Source: Phoronis australis
Taxonomy: Eukaryota > Animalia > Phoronida
NCBI GenBank assembly: GCA_002633005.1
Contig: NMRA01000663.1
Span: forward strand, 100,388-164,387
Reading direction: 5' to 3'
Length of the DNA stretch: 64,000 nucleotides
Positions 51,701-63,915 of the stretch are shown one piece after another; position 1 is the first letter of the stretch, and the number at the start of each line of letters is the position of its first letter. The notes below the pieces were generated by a model. That model was given only the letters and a program-made list of their open reading frames with translations, was not told the origin of the DNA and ran no database searches. The position numbers and the translations under genes are program-made.

Positions 51701-51779
51701 CTGTTGTCTGCCATTTTTGGTGCAAGGTCTCGCTCTCGATCGCCTTCCGGGCGTTCTCGATCGCGGGTTGGCCGGGGTG
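48770..51779. mobile_element. 3.0-kb non-autonomous DNA transposon with CAC...GTG termini and 5-bp TSD (Transib/RAG-like or other CMC-group signature)
   Basis: ~45-50-bp TIRs CACCCCGGCCAACCCGCGATCGAGAACG(A)CCGGAAGGCGATCGA; TTCAT at 48765-48769 and 51780-51784; CGATCGRGAACG-like subterminal motifs at ~49190-49253 and inverted at ~51325-51368. Confidence 0.85.
50700..51060 (-). pseudogene. Degraded C2H2 zinc-finger coding relic inside the transposon
   Basis: Minus-strand fragments HNRVCVCCGASFSN*, IQCPICDQRFTEKS, (frameshift) SLMRHC and PFCGECGMSCKQYASFYRHSKQ; stops and frameshifts are present. Confidence 0.65.
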
Positions 51780-53668
51780 TTCATGAAGCAGGAGGCATTG
51801 TTTTGGTTATTGTTTGAAATAAAGGTTGTACGCGTACTTTTTGCCATTCTTATATATTAATAGTATCATAGAAAAAACCCAGGAACAACAGTACTCTGCG
51901 CTTGCACGCACAGAATAATTAAATTCCGCTTTCAAATCAAAATACATCATTTTTGCAATAATTTAGACCTAAATTGCCGCAATGTACGGTTAGTTTTCAT
52001 TTTTATATTATACTGCAGAAAATTTCGAAGTTAGATTACTAGTGATATTCCGGCGATTTCGTAAAAATATGTCAGAATTCTGACACATTTGATTACCAAT
52101 AATCTAGTCTCCTGCACAGACCCTCGAGGTTGGTTGGTGACGTCAGCTTGTGAGGCCAGGGAACCAGGTTAACCAATAATCAAGCCTCAAATGGCCAAAC
52201 CAATCAGCGCCATCTTGATGCTTAGGGACGAGGCTAAAAATTGATTCAAGAGACATCTTTTGTCAAAGTGTACATACTAAAATCAATTCAGGGAGCCGGT
52301 TCGATTTCGTGACGGTTAATTTATCGCTGACTTTTTTTAATTCTCATATTTTGTGCTTTTATTGTATTTTTATCTTTTACCTCTACAAATCTGCAAAAAT
52401 ATGTGGTGGGGGCTCGAATTACTTATTCCGTTATACAACCAAAACATATTCACTTCCGTCTGGCAAAAATTTGAAATTCTGACAGGAGTTCAGTACTGAG
52501 AAGCCACCTGTAATTAAACTAATTGATGAAATGCTTTTAAAAACGGATTAAATTCGTTGCACGATGCCAGTTTTAGGTTTCAACGACTGTAATTATTCTT
52601 TTCGGTTTACCGATTTTCTTACGTACTCGGTACATTCAAGTAAACGTTTTTTTTTTGTTTTAACACCACAAATTCGTAGCGTTTTGGCTTGTACACAACG
52701 GATACACTGTTAGTTATTTTCTTGTATGATATATGTTGATACCCCCGTGTGTTTCCTATGAAATAAGAAAAATAGTGGGCAACTGACTTATTTTGAGTTA
52801 TCAGTTTTTGTTCAAACTGCTTCTCAAAAGCGCGCCAATTTTTAGGTTACATTTGCCCAGCTGCATTTACTAGATGTCGATTTTATCATGTAATTAGTGG
52901 GATTGTGAAATAGGTTTAGTTGGTGTGAAGAAGATGAGGATTTTTTAATTGATTCAAATTTGTCCATTTACTACGTAAGCCAACACTAGCGGTGTATTAC
53001 AGTCGCCAGCAGACTAGAGCGACGTCTTTCGTGAAAATAAAATTTGCCATTTGAACGGTAAGTCATGACATTTGAACTCAACACTTGGATTTTCTTATTA
53101 GTTAGAGTGACGTCATTGTGAGATTTGAGACCGGGATCTCATCTGGGGTCAAACTAGAATTAGATAGCTATCTACGTAAGCCATTTTGCTCTCCAGCATA
53201 GAATAACAGGCCCTTATCTTGAGTTTGGACAAAAGTAGAATAGAAAATGCCGACACTAATTCCGAGTTCGATTTCGAGTAAAAAGAATAGACCTCGGGTA
53301 TTGATCTCACGTGACTCGACTCCAACATACGGCAAAAGTTCAACGCAAACACAACGTCATTCATGTTAAATAATGTTATTTTAAATGAAAAATAATATTC
53401 GAACGATTCCCAAAAACGCCACCGGCATTGTCATGTCATTTTTAGGGCAAGCGGCCAGTCTTTGTACCCTCTTTGCGACATCTTAGGTCCGCTAGTTAAT
53501 TAATAACTTCATTACCTATTTGTGCCTTCCGCACAAGCTAACAGCATCAGAAGAACAGTGATCAAATAACAACATTACGCATTTTCATTTCGCAGTTTAA
53601 TACTCCGAGAGATCATGTTTTCTGGCAGGAAAAGCGATACAGAAGGTTTTCAGTGAGAAGGTGTTATA

Positions 53669-54220
53669 CAGGGTGATTCTCCAAAAACAGACCTCGAACT
53701 TTTGCTAGTGTTTGTTGTACTTGAGTTAGGGACCCGAAATGTTGCATAAACCTATACAATTCTAATGCCAATAAACGCATTTACTGCAAAAAAGATTGTC
53801 AGCGGGTTTTTTGACAGTTTCTCAATTTCGCGACGGACATATTCCATTGAGCAGCACATTTTTCAATTTAGAAAGGCACATCGAGCTGTTCTTAGATGCT
53901 GATGGAGTGCATCTCCTGCACCTATTATAAAAGTGCTTGAATTCACATTGTGAGACTATGCCTCAATTAAACTTTCCAACTCAACTAAGCCTTCTTAACA
54001 GACCTTATTTCACGTTTCCCCGTTCTTTATTGGACTAAATGCAACGAGCGTCAGGAAAACTGCTGGTACGCTGCCGAAAACACTAGCATTAAAATACTTT
54101 CAACATCAGCATAAGCCAAACACATAAAACTGACGGTCTGCAAAAAAAATGAAGTTCCTGTCTCTATTGGAAAAAATATACGCGCAAAAACTTGGGACCT
54201 GTTTCGGAAGAATCCCCCTT
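53669..54220. mobile_element. Tc1/mariner-type MITE
   Basis: TA|CAGGGTGATTCTCCAAAAACAGACCTCGAACTTTTGC matches the reverse complement of gcaaaaacttgggacctgtttcggaagaatccccctt|TA. Confidence 0.65.
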
Positions 54221-54998
54221 TAGTATTACAGAATTAATGGTATTGGCACGGTTTGGTAAATTACTATTCATGGTAATTAACAAGTCACATCAGACATACC
54301 TAGCTACGTATACCTTATTGCCGTTCAACACTGTATCAGTGTAGTACAGTGTACAATCTAGGTGCCATGCAGATGTGCCACGGATAAGAACAAAATAAGG
54401 AGAGGGCTGTTTTATATTCTAATCTGTTACGTTCGAATCAACTACTGTTGTTCAGAACGATTACGTATTACCTGTGTCGTTCAGGAAAAATAATAACCCT
54501 ATTATTCAACGAACCACGCTAATGTCAGTACCTTCTTTCACAAATTTCATCTGTTATACTACATTTTTTCTCAGTTTTAACCAATCTGTTTTCGTTTGTT
54601 TTTTTTTCACTTTTGCGTATGTGTCCTTTGCATTGTTTGTATGTACACTTCTTTATCCTTATTTGAATTTTATCTTTTATTCTTTGTCTTTGGTGTTCCT
54701 TGTAATTTCTTTTTTTAAGTCGTGTCTTGTTTTGTAAAGTGTCATTGATAACATTTAGAGGCACTGTAAATTTTAAATGTAAACAATTAATATGGTAATA
54801 ATAACAATAATAATACTTACACATGTCCTAATTCAAATGCTATGAGATTTTATTGGAATAAATGCGTATGGACAAATACAATACAGTAAATTGCCGGGTG
54901 AGCTACAAACTAGACAGTAAGTGACGCTTGAGGGCATAGAGAGAAATTCAAATTTAAATATGGAAGAATGGCAACAGCGATCAGAAGATCTTGGTACG

Positions 54999-55270
54999 GA
55001 TGGTGGTGGTGGTGATGACGGCAGAGGTGGTGATAGTGATGATGATGGTGGTGGTAATGATGATGGTGATGATGATTATGAAGATGATGGTGATGATGAT
55101 GGTGGTGATGATNNNNNNNNNNNTGATGGTGGTGATGATGGTGATGATAGTAGAGGTGATGATGATGTTGGTGGTGATGGTGGTGATGATGATGATAGTA
55201 GAGGTGACGATTATGGTGATGGTGGTGATGATGATGATGATGATGGTGGTTTTGGTGATGATAGTAGAGG

Positions 55271-55301
<31 letters not shown>

Positions 55302-55340
55302 AGTAGAGGTGATGATGATGGTGGTGATGGTCATGACGAT
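54999..55340. repeat. (GAT/GGT)n compound microsatellite with GATAGTAGAGGT interruptions
   Basis: Direct inspection; contains a short N run. Confidence 0.95.
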
Positions 55341-56379
55341 TCTCAGTCAAAATTACATTGGGACCACTAAAAGTGACTGTTGTCACGGTTTTGATACGTT
55401 TTCGAAACTGTTCACTTGACGTCTACTGTTCGAGAGTTAAGAATCGTAATTCACGAGAAAATGAAATTATTTACATGAAATAATCTGTGATACATGAGAA
55501 TAATTCATACATTCGCGACAAGAGAACGTTGTTTCTCATATCCGCTCGTGCAAAACTGGAGCATTTTAAAAACAATTCCTAACGGCGTTTTTATCATAAA
55601 CCATAGTATCTGAACGTTTCGATAAATCCAATAAGCCACGTAGATTTCTGAGATATGACGTTCCAAAGTTAGCCAAATTTGGCCATTTTTCTAGTGTCCG
55701 ATCGACACGTGTTTCTCAGTGTAATCACAAGAAAATATACCAATCAGAATGCAGTGGCCATTTTGCAGACCTAATCCATGAATTACTATGCAGTGTAGCC
55801 ATTGGTCCACATAGACAAAACTAAACTAAACTGGAAGAAGTCTGATAAACAGACTAAATTGCAATGTTGAAGTGGTCCTTTGCCATTGAAACAGAATTCA
55901 ACCTGCTCACCAGGTATTTTTTGGGTTTGTTCGCAAAGATTTTTAATTTCAGTTGGTATCAAAGCAATTTCTTTTAGTTTCAAATTTCAAAAAAACTTTG
56001 TTATCTGCTTGCCGACAAGGAAAAGCACCTCTACTTATGGAAAGACATAGACATAGCACATTTTCCTTATACGGAAAATGCAACCTTTGACCTCAAGCAA
56101 TTTTAAGCAACCGAGTGTGAGCGCATGCGCGCATTTATCATAAGTCAGAGGGATCAGAAACTCCGTTGTAACCACAGTTTTTCTTTCGCGCGTATATCAA
56201 AAATCGTAAATTTCGTGATTTTTTCTGGAAATTTCCTCACAGGGGAAAGTGTATTACTCTGTACTAGAAGTTGCGAGTTGGTACTTTCGTCATGAATTGT
56301 TTAAAAGATATTTTTCATGAGGTTTCGCGTTCCACGCCTCTTTAAAGGCAAGCGGATTGGTGAATGTACAAAACTTAAG

Positions 56380-58170
56380 TAATGATAATATTTTTATGAG
56401 CAATGCTGAACGCCAAAAAATTCCAGGGCTCCTGCAAATTGATTTTCAAAAACCTTTTGACAGTGGTACATAGAATTTCATTTACCAACTTTCAAAATCG
56501 TTCAGTTTTAAAGAATCTTTTTCAGGCAGTGGATTAAAACGTTTTATGAAAATACTGTTGCACATGTATTTCAGAACGGTTATTTGTCTGAGGCCATTCC
56601 CCTTCAAAGAGGTTACAGACAGGGTGATCCTCTCTCTCCGTATATTTTTATTCTATGTGCCGAAATATTGTCAATTATTGTAGAACACAATAGAGCATGC
56701 GCACACCCAGCCTGTAATATGGGGGGCTGGAATTTCTGACGACGTGGACCATTTACTAACAAAGAAGCGGGAGGACTAAAAAGAAAAAAATGGGTACCAC
56801 GTTCGGAGCTGTGAATTGTGCGTTTGTGCCTTTTTAGTGGACTTTTGTCTCGTTTTCTCGGACTTTTTGTTTCTCTGAGGCGAACCTTTTTGCCCACTTC
56901 GCCAAATGGGGAGCTCGTTCGAGCCCCCCCCCCCCTGAGTGCGCGCATGTAGAGATTTAAAGGAATTAGTGATTGACGGCACAGATTATAAAATGTCTCA
57001 GTATGCGGACGCCACAACATTTTTTAGATGGGTCCCCTGATTCCTTGGCAGACGCGACCAAGGTACTGGATTCCATGCAGATATTACTGGTTTAAAAATT
57101 AATAATCCTAAATCAATGTACATTGGATTGGAAGTACAACGTTTTCGAAAGACGTCAACCACCATAGAAGCTGGAAATTAAAATAGTGACTTACGAAATT
57201 TAGGCTTTTGTGAATAAATTTTAATGTTAATTCAGATGACATGTTAAATGATAACTTCAATTTTATTTTTTGGAAATTAAAAAATGCTGAAGACATGGTC
57301 TAGTAGAAGACTCACTAACTTTCAAAAATTATTCATTATTACTACCTAGTCCGTCTCCAGTTTTTTATATGAAGTAAACAATTTGTTTTTCAAATTTTCT
57401 TGGCCAAAGCAGACAAGATTAAAAGAACTATATTGACAGAGGAAGGGAGTGTTAAATTGATAGACCTAAAACACTTTCATATAGCTCTTAAACTCTCCTG
57501 AGTTAAGAGGCTTTTTGCTTCAAATTCAAAATCAAAGTGGTCTCAAATTTCTTTTTCAGGTTAGTTCAGTAAAAGCTTTTCTGACAAAAGTGTTATCCGA
57601 AGTATCAATTAAAAAGGTTGTTAGACCAATCTTACCTTTTTCACTGTCCAATCTACTTGATAGCAGAAGTAGATGAAAAGATATTTATAATATATTAAAA
57701 GATATTTATAAATATATTAAACCGAAATCAATTGAAAAATACTGCTCAAAGGACGTTTGAAGATTTACATGTAGGATATGTTATTAATAAAAATGATACA
57801 AAACATGTCATTTTCATCACAAACTACGGCATAGGATCCTTCCTACAAATGATTGGTTAACATTAATTATGCTAATTCTGATTCCTGCACCTTTTGTGAC
57901 CACGAACGTGCCGAGACAATCGAACACATATTTGTGCATTATTCTTTTTGATAAGATATTGAGAGCTTATTGTCAGCAAAGATCTACTCCGAATTTCATC
58001 TAGATACAAATATAGTACTTTCAGAACCCCTTTTAATAATGAAACCAATGTAGTACTCAACTGATTTTTATTATCTGAATTACAAACATCATTAAAGCAG
58101 CTTAAATTTGAATGTTTTTATTAACTATTTGAAAACAAATTTTATAACTGAAAAATATGTACTAAAACAT
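56380..58170 (+). mobile_element. Degraded Tx1/L1-clade non-LTR retrotransposon (RT and C-terminal zinc knuckle)
   Basis: Fragments IDFQKPFDS, QNGYLSEAIPLQRGYRQGDPLSPYIFILCAEILS, YKMSQYADATT (YADD motif mutated), TGLKIN, KTWSSRRLT, RILPTN, CTFC...ETIEHIF; many stops and frameshifts. Confidence 0.9.
56696..56949. mobile_element. 254-bp MITE inserted in the LINE RT, 5-bp TSD TAGAG
   Basis: TIRs CATGCGCACACCCAG / CTGAGTGCGCGCATG. Removing the element and one TAGAG restores the RT frame (...VEHNRDLKE...). Confidence 0.88.
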
Positions 58171-60714
58171 AGTAATTGGGGACGAGGCTGAACGAGGTTC
58201 CAGCGTAGATCCTAGTGGTACTGAACTCTACCCTCGCTGGTTCCCTGCTTAGCCCAGCCAGCACGCAGGTATCACGCAGTAGCACGCGCTTTAAGCATTG
58301 GTCGATGTAACCTCGGCAGTCATTGGTTAGCTTTACAACACCCTGAAAAATGGCGACGGTGAACGATTTTTAGCCTTGTCATGCAAGTGGCGTCGCAGCA
58401 ATTATTTCGTTTCTGCGGTGATGTTTATTAGCCGCGTGCTTGAAGCACATACATGTACAATAAACATGTTGCAGCAAACCTTGGTGAAATTCAGCCAGTT
58501 TAGCGCACACTTTATTGCCCCAAGTTTATTGCCCATCTATTATTCCGAATCTAATGCACCGTGAGTGACCTATTGTCCAGCTCAGCATAAGATAACAGAC
58601 TTTAGGTAACTACTTTCTCAGGTCAAGAGGTCATTCACAACTGTAGCTGTTATGGTGAAACAACTAACTTGCAAACTATAAAGAGTAAACAACTGTGATA
58701 ATTTCTGGTGAACAACCTCACCAGAAAGCATGTGCTTTCTTCGTCAAATTTTCTGCAAAATTCCACAAGAAAAGAAACATGTTTTCTGAAAATAGAAAGA
58801 TTGTAGAATTTTCTACATAACACAAAGAAACAATGTTGCAGGAATAACAAGGCATGGCCAAATTTCATTTCATATATAAATTCATGAACCGATCTCAGAA
58901 ATAGTTTTCAAAATGTCCTTTTAATTTTTTGGGGCTTTTCAGTTGAAAAGTGAAAACAGTAATTACAGCCTCAAAGTTTGACGGTATCTTATTCAAACAC
59001 TAGCCCGTTTTATCCGGAGAACAACATCGATAGCATAACGTCTGTTTCATTCGAGTCTATTAAGCTGTTTTTAGATAACATGTTGGTAAAAATTCTAAAC
59101 TTTAATCAAACCCTTAAGTAAGACATTTTAAAGTTAAAACTTTTAACCTGGAGGCGAAGGTTTCTATCGAAATTAAGTACGACATGAACAACTAAACCAT
59201 TGATGGTTAAGCAAATTTAAAATGCGATATTCGATTGCTAATCACAAAAGAAAGACACGAGCTGGTAAGTCTTAAAATATTTTATTTTAAGTAAACCATT
59301 TTTACAAACACAATACACTTCTTAAGTGAAAGTGAAGTTTATAACTGACACAGTCAAAGCATCACTTTCCAAATCACTGTGAAGGCAGGATACACAGAGG
59401 TAATAAAAGTGTAACATTGGTTAAACTCCCTTCTGAATACCTGGGAGTAATATACACATATACTGGTCCTAGTTAATACCGACACAAACAGAAAAGTTAA
59501 ATATCCACAGGCTGTATAAGGTCCGAACCAGTCCAAAATGACCAGGTACCAAAATGCACAGAGGCACACTGAATAAAATTAAGATTTTTATCAGGGCTGC
59601 TGAGCAGTAACTAACTATTGTATATCACAGTATGTACTACCGGAAGAACTTTATACTGAAACTTGTATAACTATTAAACATCAATAAAATATCTACAAAA
59701 ATACGGCAGAGCACAAGTATACGGAAGGGCATCCGCAACCTCTCTGGCATAATAATAACGCAAAATATCACACACAGTATACGACAACAGTACACAAATC
59801 AGGTAAGCAACTTGGTCTACATAATATGATTGCCAGTAAGAAGACCTGGGTCACCACCATATCGAATTTGTTCAACGAACATTCTACAGGTAATCAAAAG
59901 GACAAATAACATTAGTGTCTGCGACTTCAGGTGACAGTGGCCTTACATCTACTCAGTAAATGCATTATGCCCAGAGGTCTTGTTTCATGAAAGTTTTTAA
60001 ACTTAAAAGTCTAGAATTATTCCATTGTTGACATGATGTCATCAGCACTATTCGAAAAGTTATTATGAAATTATTGAAGAGTCAAACCATAGGCTAGCCT
60101 ATTACAAAGACCTATGGGTCAACAAGCACTTCAACTGAGTTTGAACTATTATGATCCGAGCGTGTTTTTATGACGAAATTTTAGGTTTGTTAGGTAACGG
60201 TATTAAATGAAAGATTGTAAGATTTTGGAATCGTAAATTAACAATTTTGTGTTAAAATAGTAAAATAATTCAGAAACAACTGGTAAACTGAGATAATGTA
60301 TACGCCTAAACCTGCAGAATTATCCCTCTAGTGCTACTGTTACAGGGACACGCTTTCTTAAACTTGGCGCATTCATATTGTTTGCTAATAGCCCGGGTGC
60401 GGGTTCCAGAGGCAAACAACCCTAGCTATCCGGCTAATAACAATTGTTAGACTGACTGGCTTAGATATCATCGCATCAAAATGAGCTATAAATATACTGA
60501 AATAGAAAAATGAAATAAAAACAGTTTACACATTTCTTGCTATTGCTGTAGAAGCACTCGAACGCGGATTTCGTTCGACGAAACTGTACTCGCCACCGGC
60601 TCCGGGCCGGCCTTGGGAAGCGTACGACGTACAACGTAGCGACCAGGTGTTACTATTACATACCACGTGTGAACACAATCAAACCAATCGGTACTTCTGG
60701 AAAGAAAAGATTAA

Positions 60715-60990
60715 CGTAACTTTGGTTGTAGTTAGGCGATTTTGGCAATTCACAAACCAAACATGATCAGCATTTGACGAGGAATTCAGAAATGCTGTTG
60801 GTTTATGTTCAAATGTGTTGTAACGTAACTTTTATTTTTAACAGACACTGCCCAATCTAACTAGATACGATTGAGATTTGAGCAATTATCGACCAAAAGA
60901 GAGCTGGCCCTCCAACCATGAATGCCAGAATGGAGTTAATCAGTCGTTTAAGATATGGCATGGCTACAGGGGTCATCTTCCCAACTTGTT
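60715..60990 (+). repeat. Interspersed repeat family A (copy 3, partial)
   Basis: Same sequence as 2285-2557. Confidence 0.85.
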
Positions 60991-62424
60991 ATAAGGTAAC
61001 ATTTACTGTCATTTGCCGCTTTGCTTGCAATTTGTCTTCAATGCGTTCTACTTTGCGAATTATTTTGCGTCTTCCAGTTCCACGGACGGACGGACAGACA
61101 CACATGCGTTGCGAAGTAAAGCTCCAAAACGTCCCGTGCAACTTGTTGTTGGACTCGCATGCCGCAGCTGCAGTTACATCAGGAATTGGGGACAGATTCT
61201 TATGAAACTTCGTGATTCTGCGTTTTATGCACCGTTTTCACTCTGGAAACGTTATTAGGAATTGTCTTACAATGTTTCCCCTTTCTATGACGTTGTGTTA
61301 ACTTTTAAAATTGCATAAAACGAATATTAAAAGAGAAGTTCAGCATTTTGAAATTCCACCTTGAGCATTTACGATAAAAATAATTTGGCCACGTTATTGA
61401 TACCGTTCAGTTGTTTTGCTGTCGATTCGTCAAAGACATAGTCACGTGACCCAATTGCAGATTGGCGACAAGTCAAAAATGAACTTCTACCTTAAAGAAA
61501 GTTCCCATCGTCACCGAGTTAAAATTCGTTGTGTAGAGTTTGGCTTAACACGTCATATTTGTCGATAAGCATAGATAATATCAAGAAGACGTTGGTAATA
61601 TCTTCCTGATAATATACACAAAAGATCGGTCAGTTTTCACAAATTTGACATTTTTGATTTTTCTCAATTTATTTAGTTTTTTATCTTTGACTAATTTGGT
61701 TAAAAGGCTCAGAGACCAGTTTTGTGTATTGCCTAGTTGCTTCAACTTTCAATCAAAGAAAGTTTCACATAATACGTTTCTGTATTAAACCATAGTGTTT
61801 TGAGCGATAATCGAAACTCTACAACTTTAGGTACATCATAAAAGGACATGAGTAAAACTTTTTGATAAAGTGTTCCACGAATTATCTTTTTATTTTTGCG
61901 AGTATAAATAATTAAAATAATGTACTAAATACTGGCATTATCAAAGTTAACTAAAGCTGCATTGAATGCCGTGGATTCGTTTTCATTTTACCAACTGACT
62001 CCTCTCGGCCGACAGATGGGGCGGTAATTCTCTAGCGGTCGATAAATAGCAACAAAAGCCTGGGAATTCAATCCTAAGTTTTCTTTAAGGCAATGATGGA
62101 GGATTACGGTAGCACGAAGTTTTGAAAATTCGGGAGGAAAACCCCGTAACAGGTATATCGAACATGAGCCGAGATAAATACGAACCGTGGTTAGCGTTCT
62201 TCAGCTAAAATGACGTTGATCACTGAACCTGACTCGTACTTTTCTGTAGTTAATAGACCTTTTCCTAAAAAAACCACGTGCTTCTTGTTTCTGTAATCTG
62301 GCAGTGTTAAAAGCCGAATGAGTACCGGCTGCACTGCGGGTTGAGGAAATTTGCCACACACGAACACTGAGCTTATAAGAAATAATTTTTAGGCCTACTG
62401 TTTTTATATTTGTAAAATAATACT

Positions 62425-62597
62425 TGTTGCGAACTCGCTGGAGCAGGACACCGTAAATGTTATTAGAAGAAAGAGTAATTCGCTAATGGTTTGTTGAACT
62501 GCCTGTTTTGTGTAAATTTATTGAGTTTTGTGTTTGATATGGACGGCTGAAGTGGAATAGTCTAGTCCCGAATGGTCTGGCTTGTAATGTATTGGGC
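62425..62597 (-). repeat. Diverged partial copy of the foldback MITE family at 10034
   Basis: tgtaaatttattgagttttgtgtttgatatggacggctgaagtgg matches the TIR at 10450-10493, and its upstream neighbour matches the reverse complement of 10168-10250. Confidence 0.7.
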
Positions 62598-63479
62598 CCA
62601 GTGGCGGATCTACGGGGGGGGGTTCAGGGGATTTAAACCCCCCCTCGGGCCAGGTCCCAAAAATTAAAAAAAAAAACAAAAGCGTCTCCAGCAAAACAAA
62701 AACGGCACCGCCAGCGTGTGTAAACCCCAACTAAACCAACTTGGAAAAAATTGAGAGGGGGGGTTCACTCTGAAAATATGGTTTTTTGCATTGTGAATTG
62801 CTGAGTCTGTGTGGCTCATCGGCAAAACGCGCGGGGATTTATTGTGCGCGCGCTTCCGTCGACACTTCTGAAGTAGCCAAGCATTTTAGATGGATTCACC
62901 ACTGAAAGAGCAGTTCTATAGCTGATTTCTTTGGGTAACTAGCTTCTTTACTCTAAGATATGTTTTGATTTGATTAGGGGAAATACTGCGGTGCCGCAAC
63001 CCTGATATTCAGGCGAATTGACGTGCAACGTTTTTACCTCATCTGTTATGCCGTGTCATTATATTACACTCCACACGTTTGCAACTGATGTATAGTAAAG
63101 TTGTCTTGCGCAATATCATACAGTGTACATGTACATGTAATATTGTGTACATGTACATGTAATATTTTTGAAAAAAAATCTTTTTCCGAAGAATTGCTAT
63201 TGTGGCGGGCGCCGTAGTATGGTCGCGAGTCCGTTTGAAGACACTCTATAACAAGTTATGTCTATACAAGGAATGACCAAGGGGGCACTCACATTGAGAA
63301 AGTGACCGCATTCGCGAATAGTGTACAGTACCAGAAATTGCGGGGAGGCTGTTCTTTCACAACAAAGTCTTGCGGGACTCGTGCGATGTTAAATAGGCCT
63401 CCTAAGGAGCCCTAGTTCCGACCTCAACACCTACCGTCTGTGTACCTGCAATAAGCACACTCCTGTCTTCTATACTTTG

Positions 63480-63915
63480 AATTTCCGCAGAAAGGCTCAC
63501 TCGATGAAACGCTCATGCCCATGGGCATTTATTTGATATTAGTACTTCGGGTTTCAAGCGTTCAGACATTGGGACGTTTATTTCGAAAATTGCCAGAGAT
63601 GCAAATAGGTCATGGGATGCTTCGTCTAGGTTTGAAGTAGTCCATGATGAACGGATCAAATTTAGTTGCGCATGTAAGTCTTTCGAATGGACTTGGCACA
63701 ACCTCAAGGGTCTTAGTGTCAACTGAGCTGGGAAACGAGATGCTGACATTGTAGAGGCTTACAAGCTCATTGACACAGCAGTTGACGAAGTGCAAGCGTT
63801 GAGAACAAACATCGAAGATATGTGGGTAGAATGGTTCCAAGACGAGCAAATCATTGGATCCGATATACAAATTCCTCGGCAGTCTAGACAACAGAAGGAT
63901 AGGACTAACGTATGA
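63480..63915 (+). pseudogene. hAT transposase relic (P52rIPK/THAP12/ZMYM1-like group), probably within an element starting CAGTGGCGGATC at 62599
   Basis: 63697-63915 translates HNLKGLSVN*AGKRDADIVEAYKLIDTAVDEVQALRTNIEDMWVEWF...IQIPRQSRQQKDRTNV*, matching the LSxxLQ..D...A...I..V...L..R...IPR...RQ.HR.N pattern of this hAT group. Confidence 0.75.

Noticed and set aside
54910-55419. Poly-His and Asp/Gly-rich ORFs (RGD repeats) resembling biomineralisation proteins
   Set aside because: The same trinucleotide microsatellite is open in several frames; there is no signal peptide or exon context, and it contains Ns.
48400-58470. Inverted ~250-bp similarity as TIRs of one 10-kb transposon
   Set aside because: The shared termini face inward rather than outward, the left copy has its own flanking duplication, and no shared TSD is present; these are two independent copies of one family.
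63123-63166. 22-bp tandem duplicate with TACATG repeats
   Set aside because: Common slippage microsatellite; no further structure.
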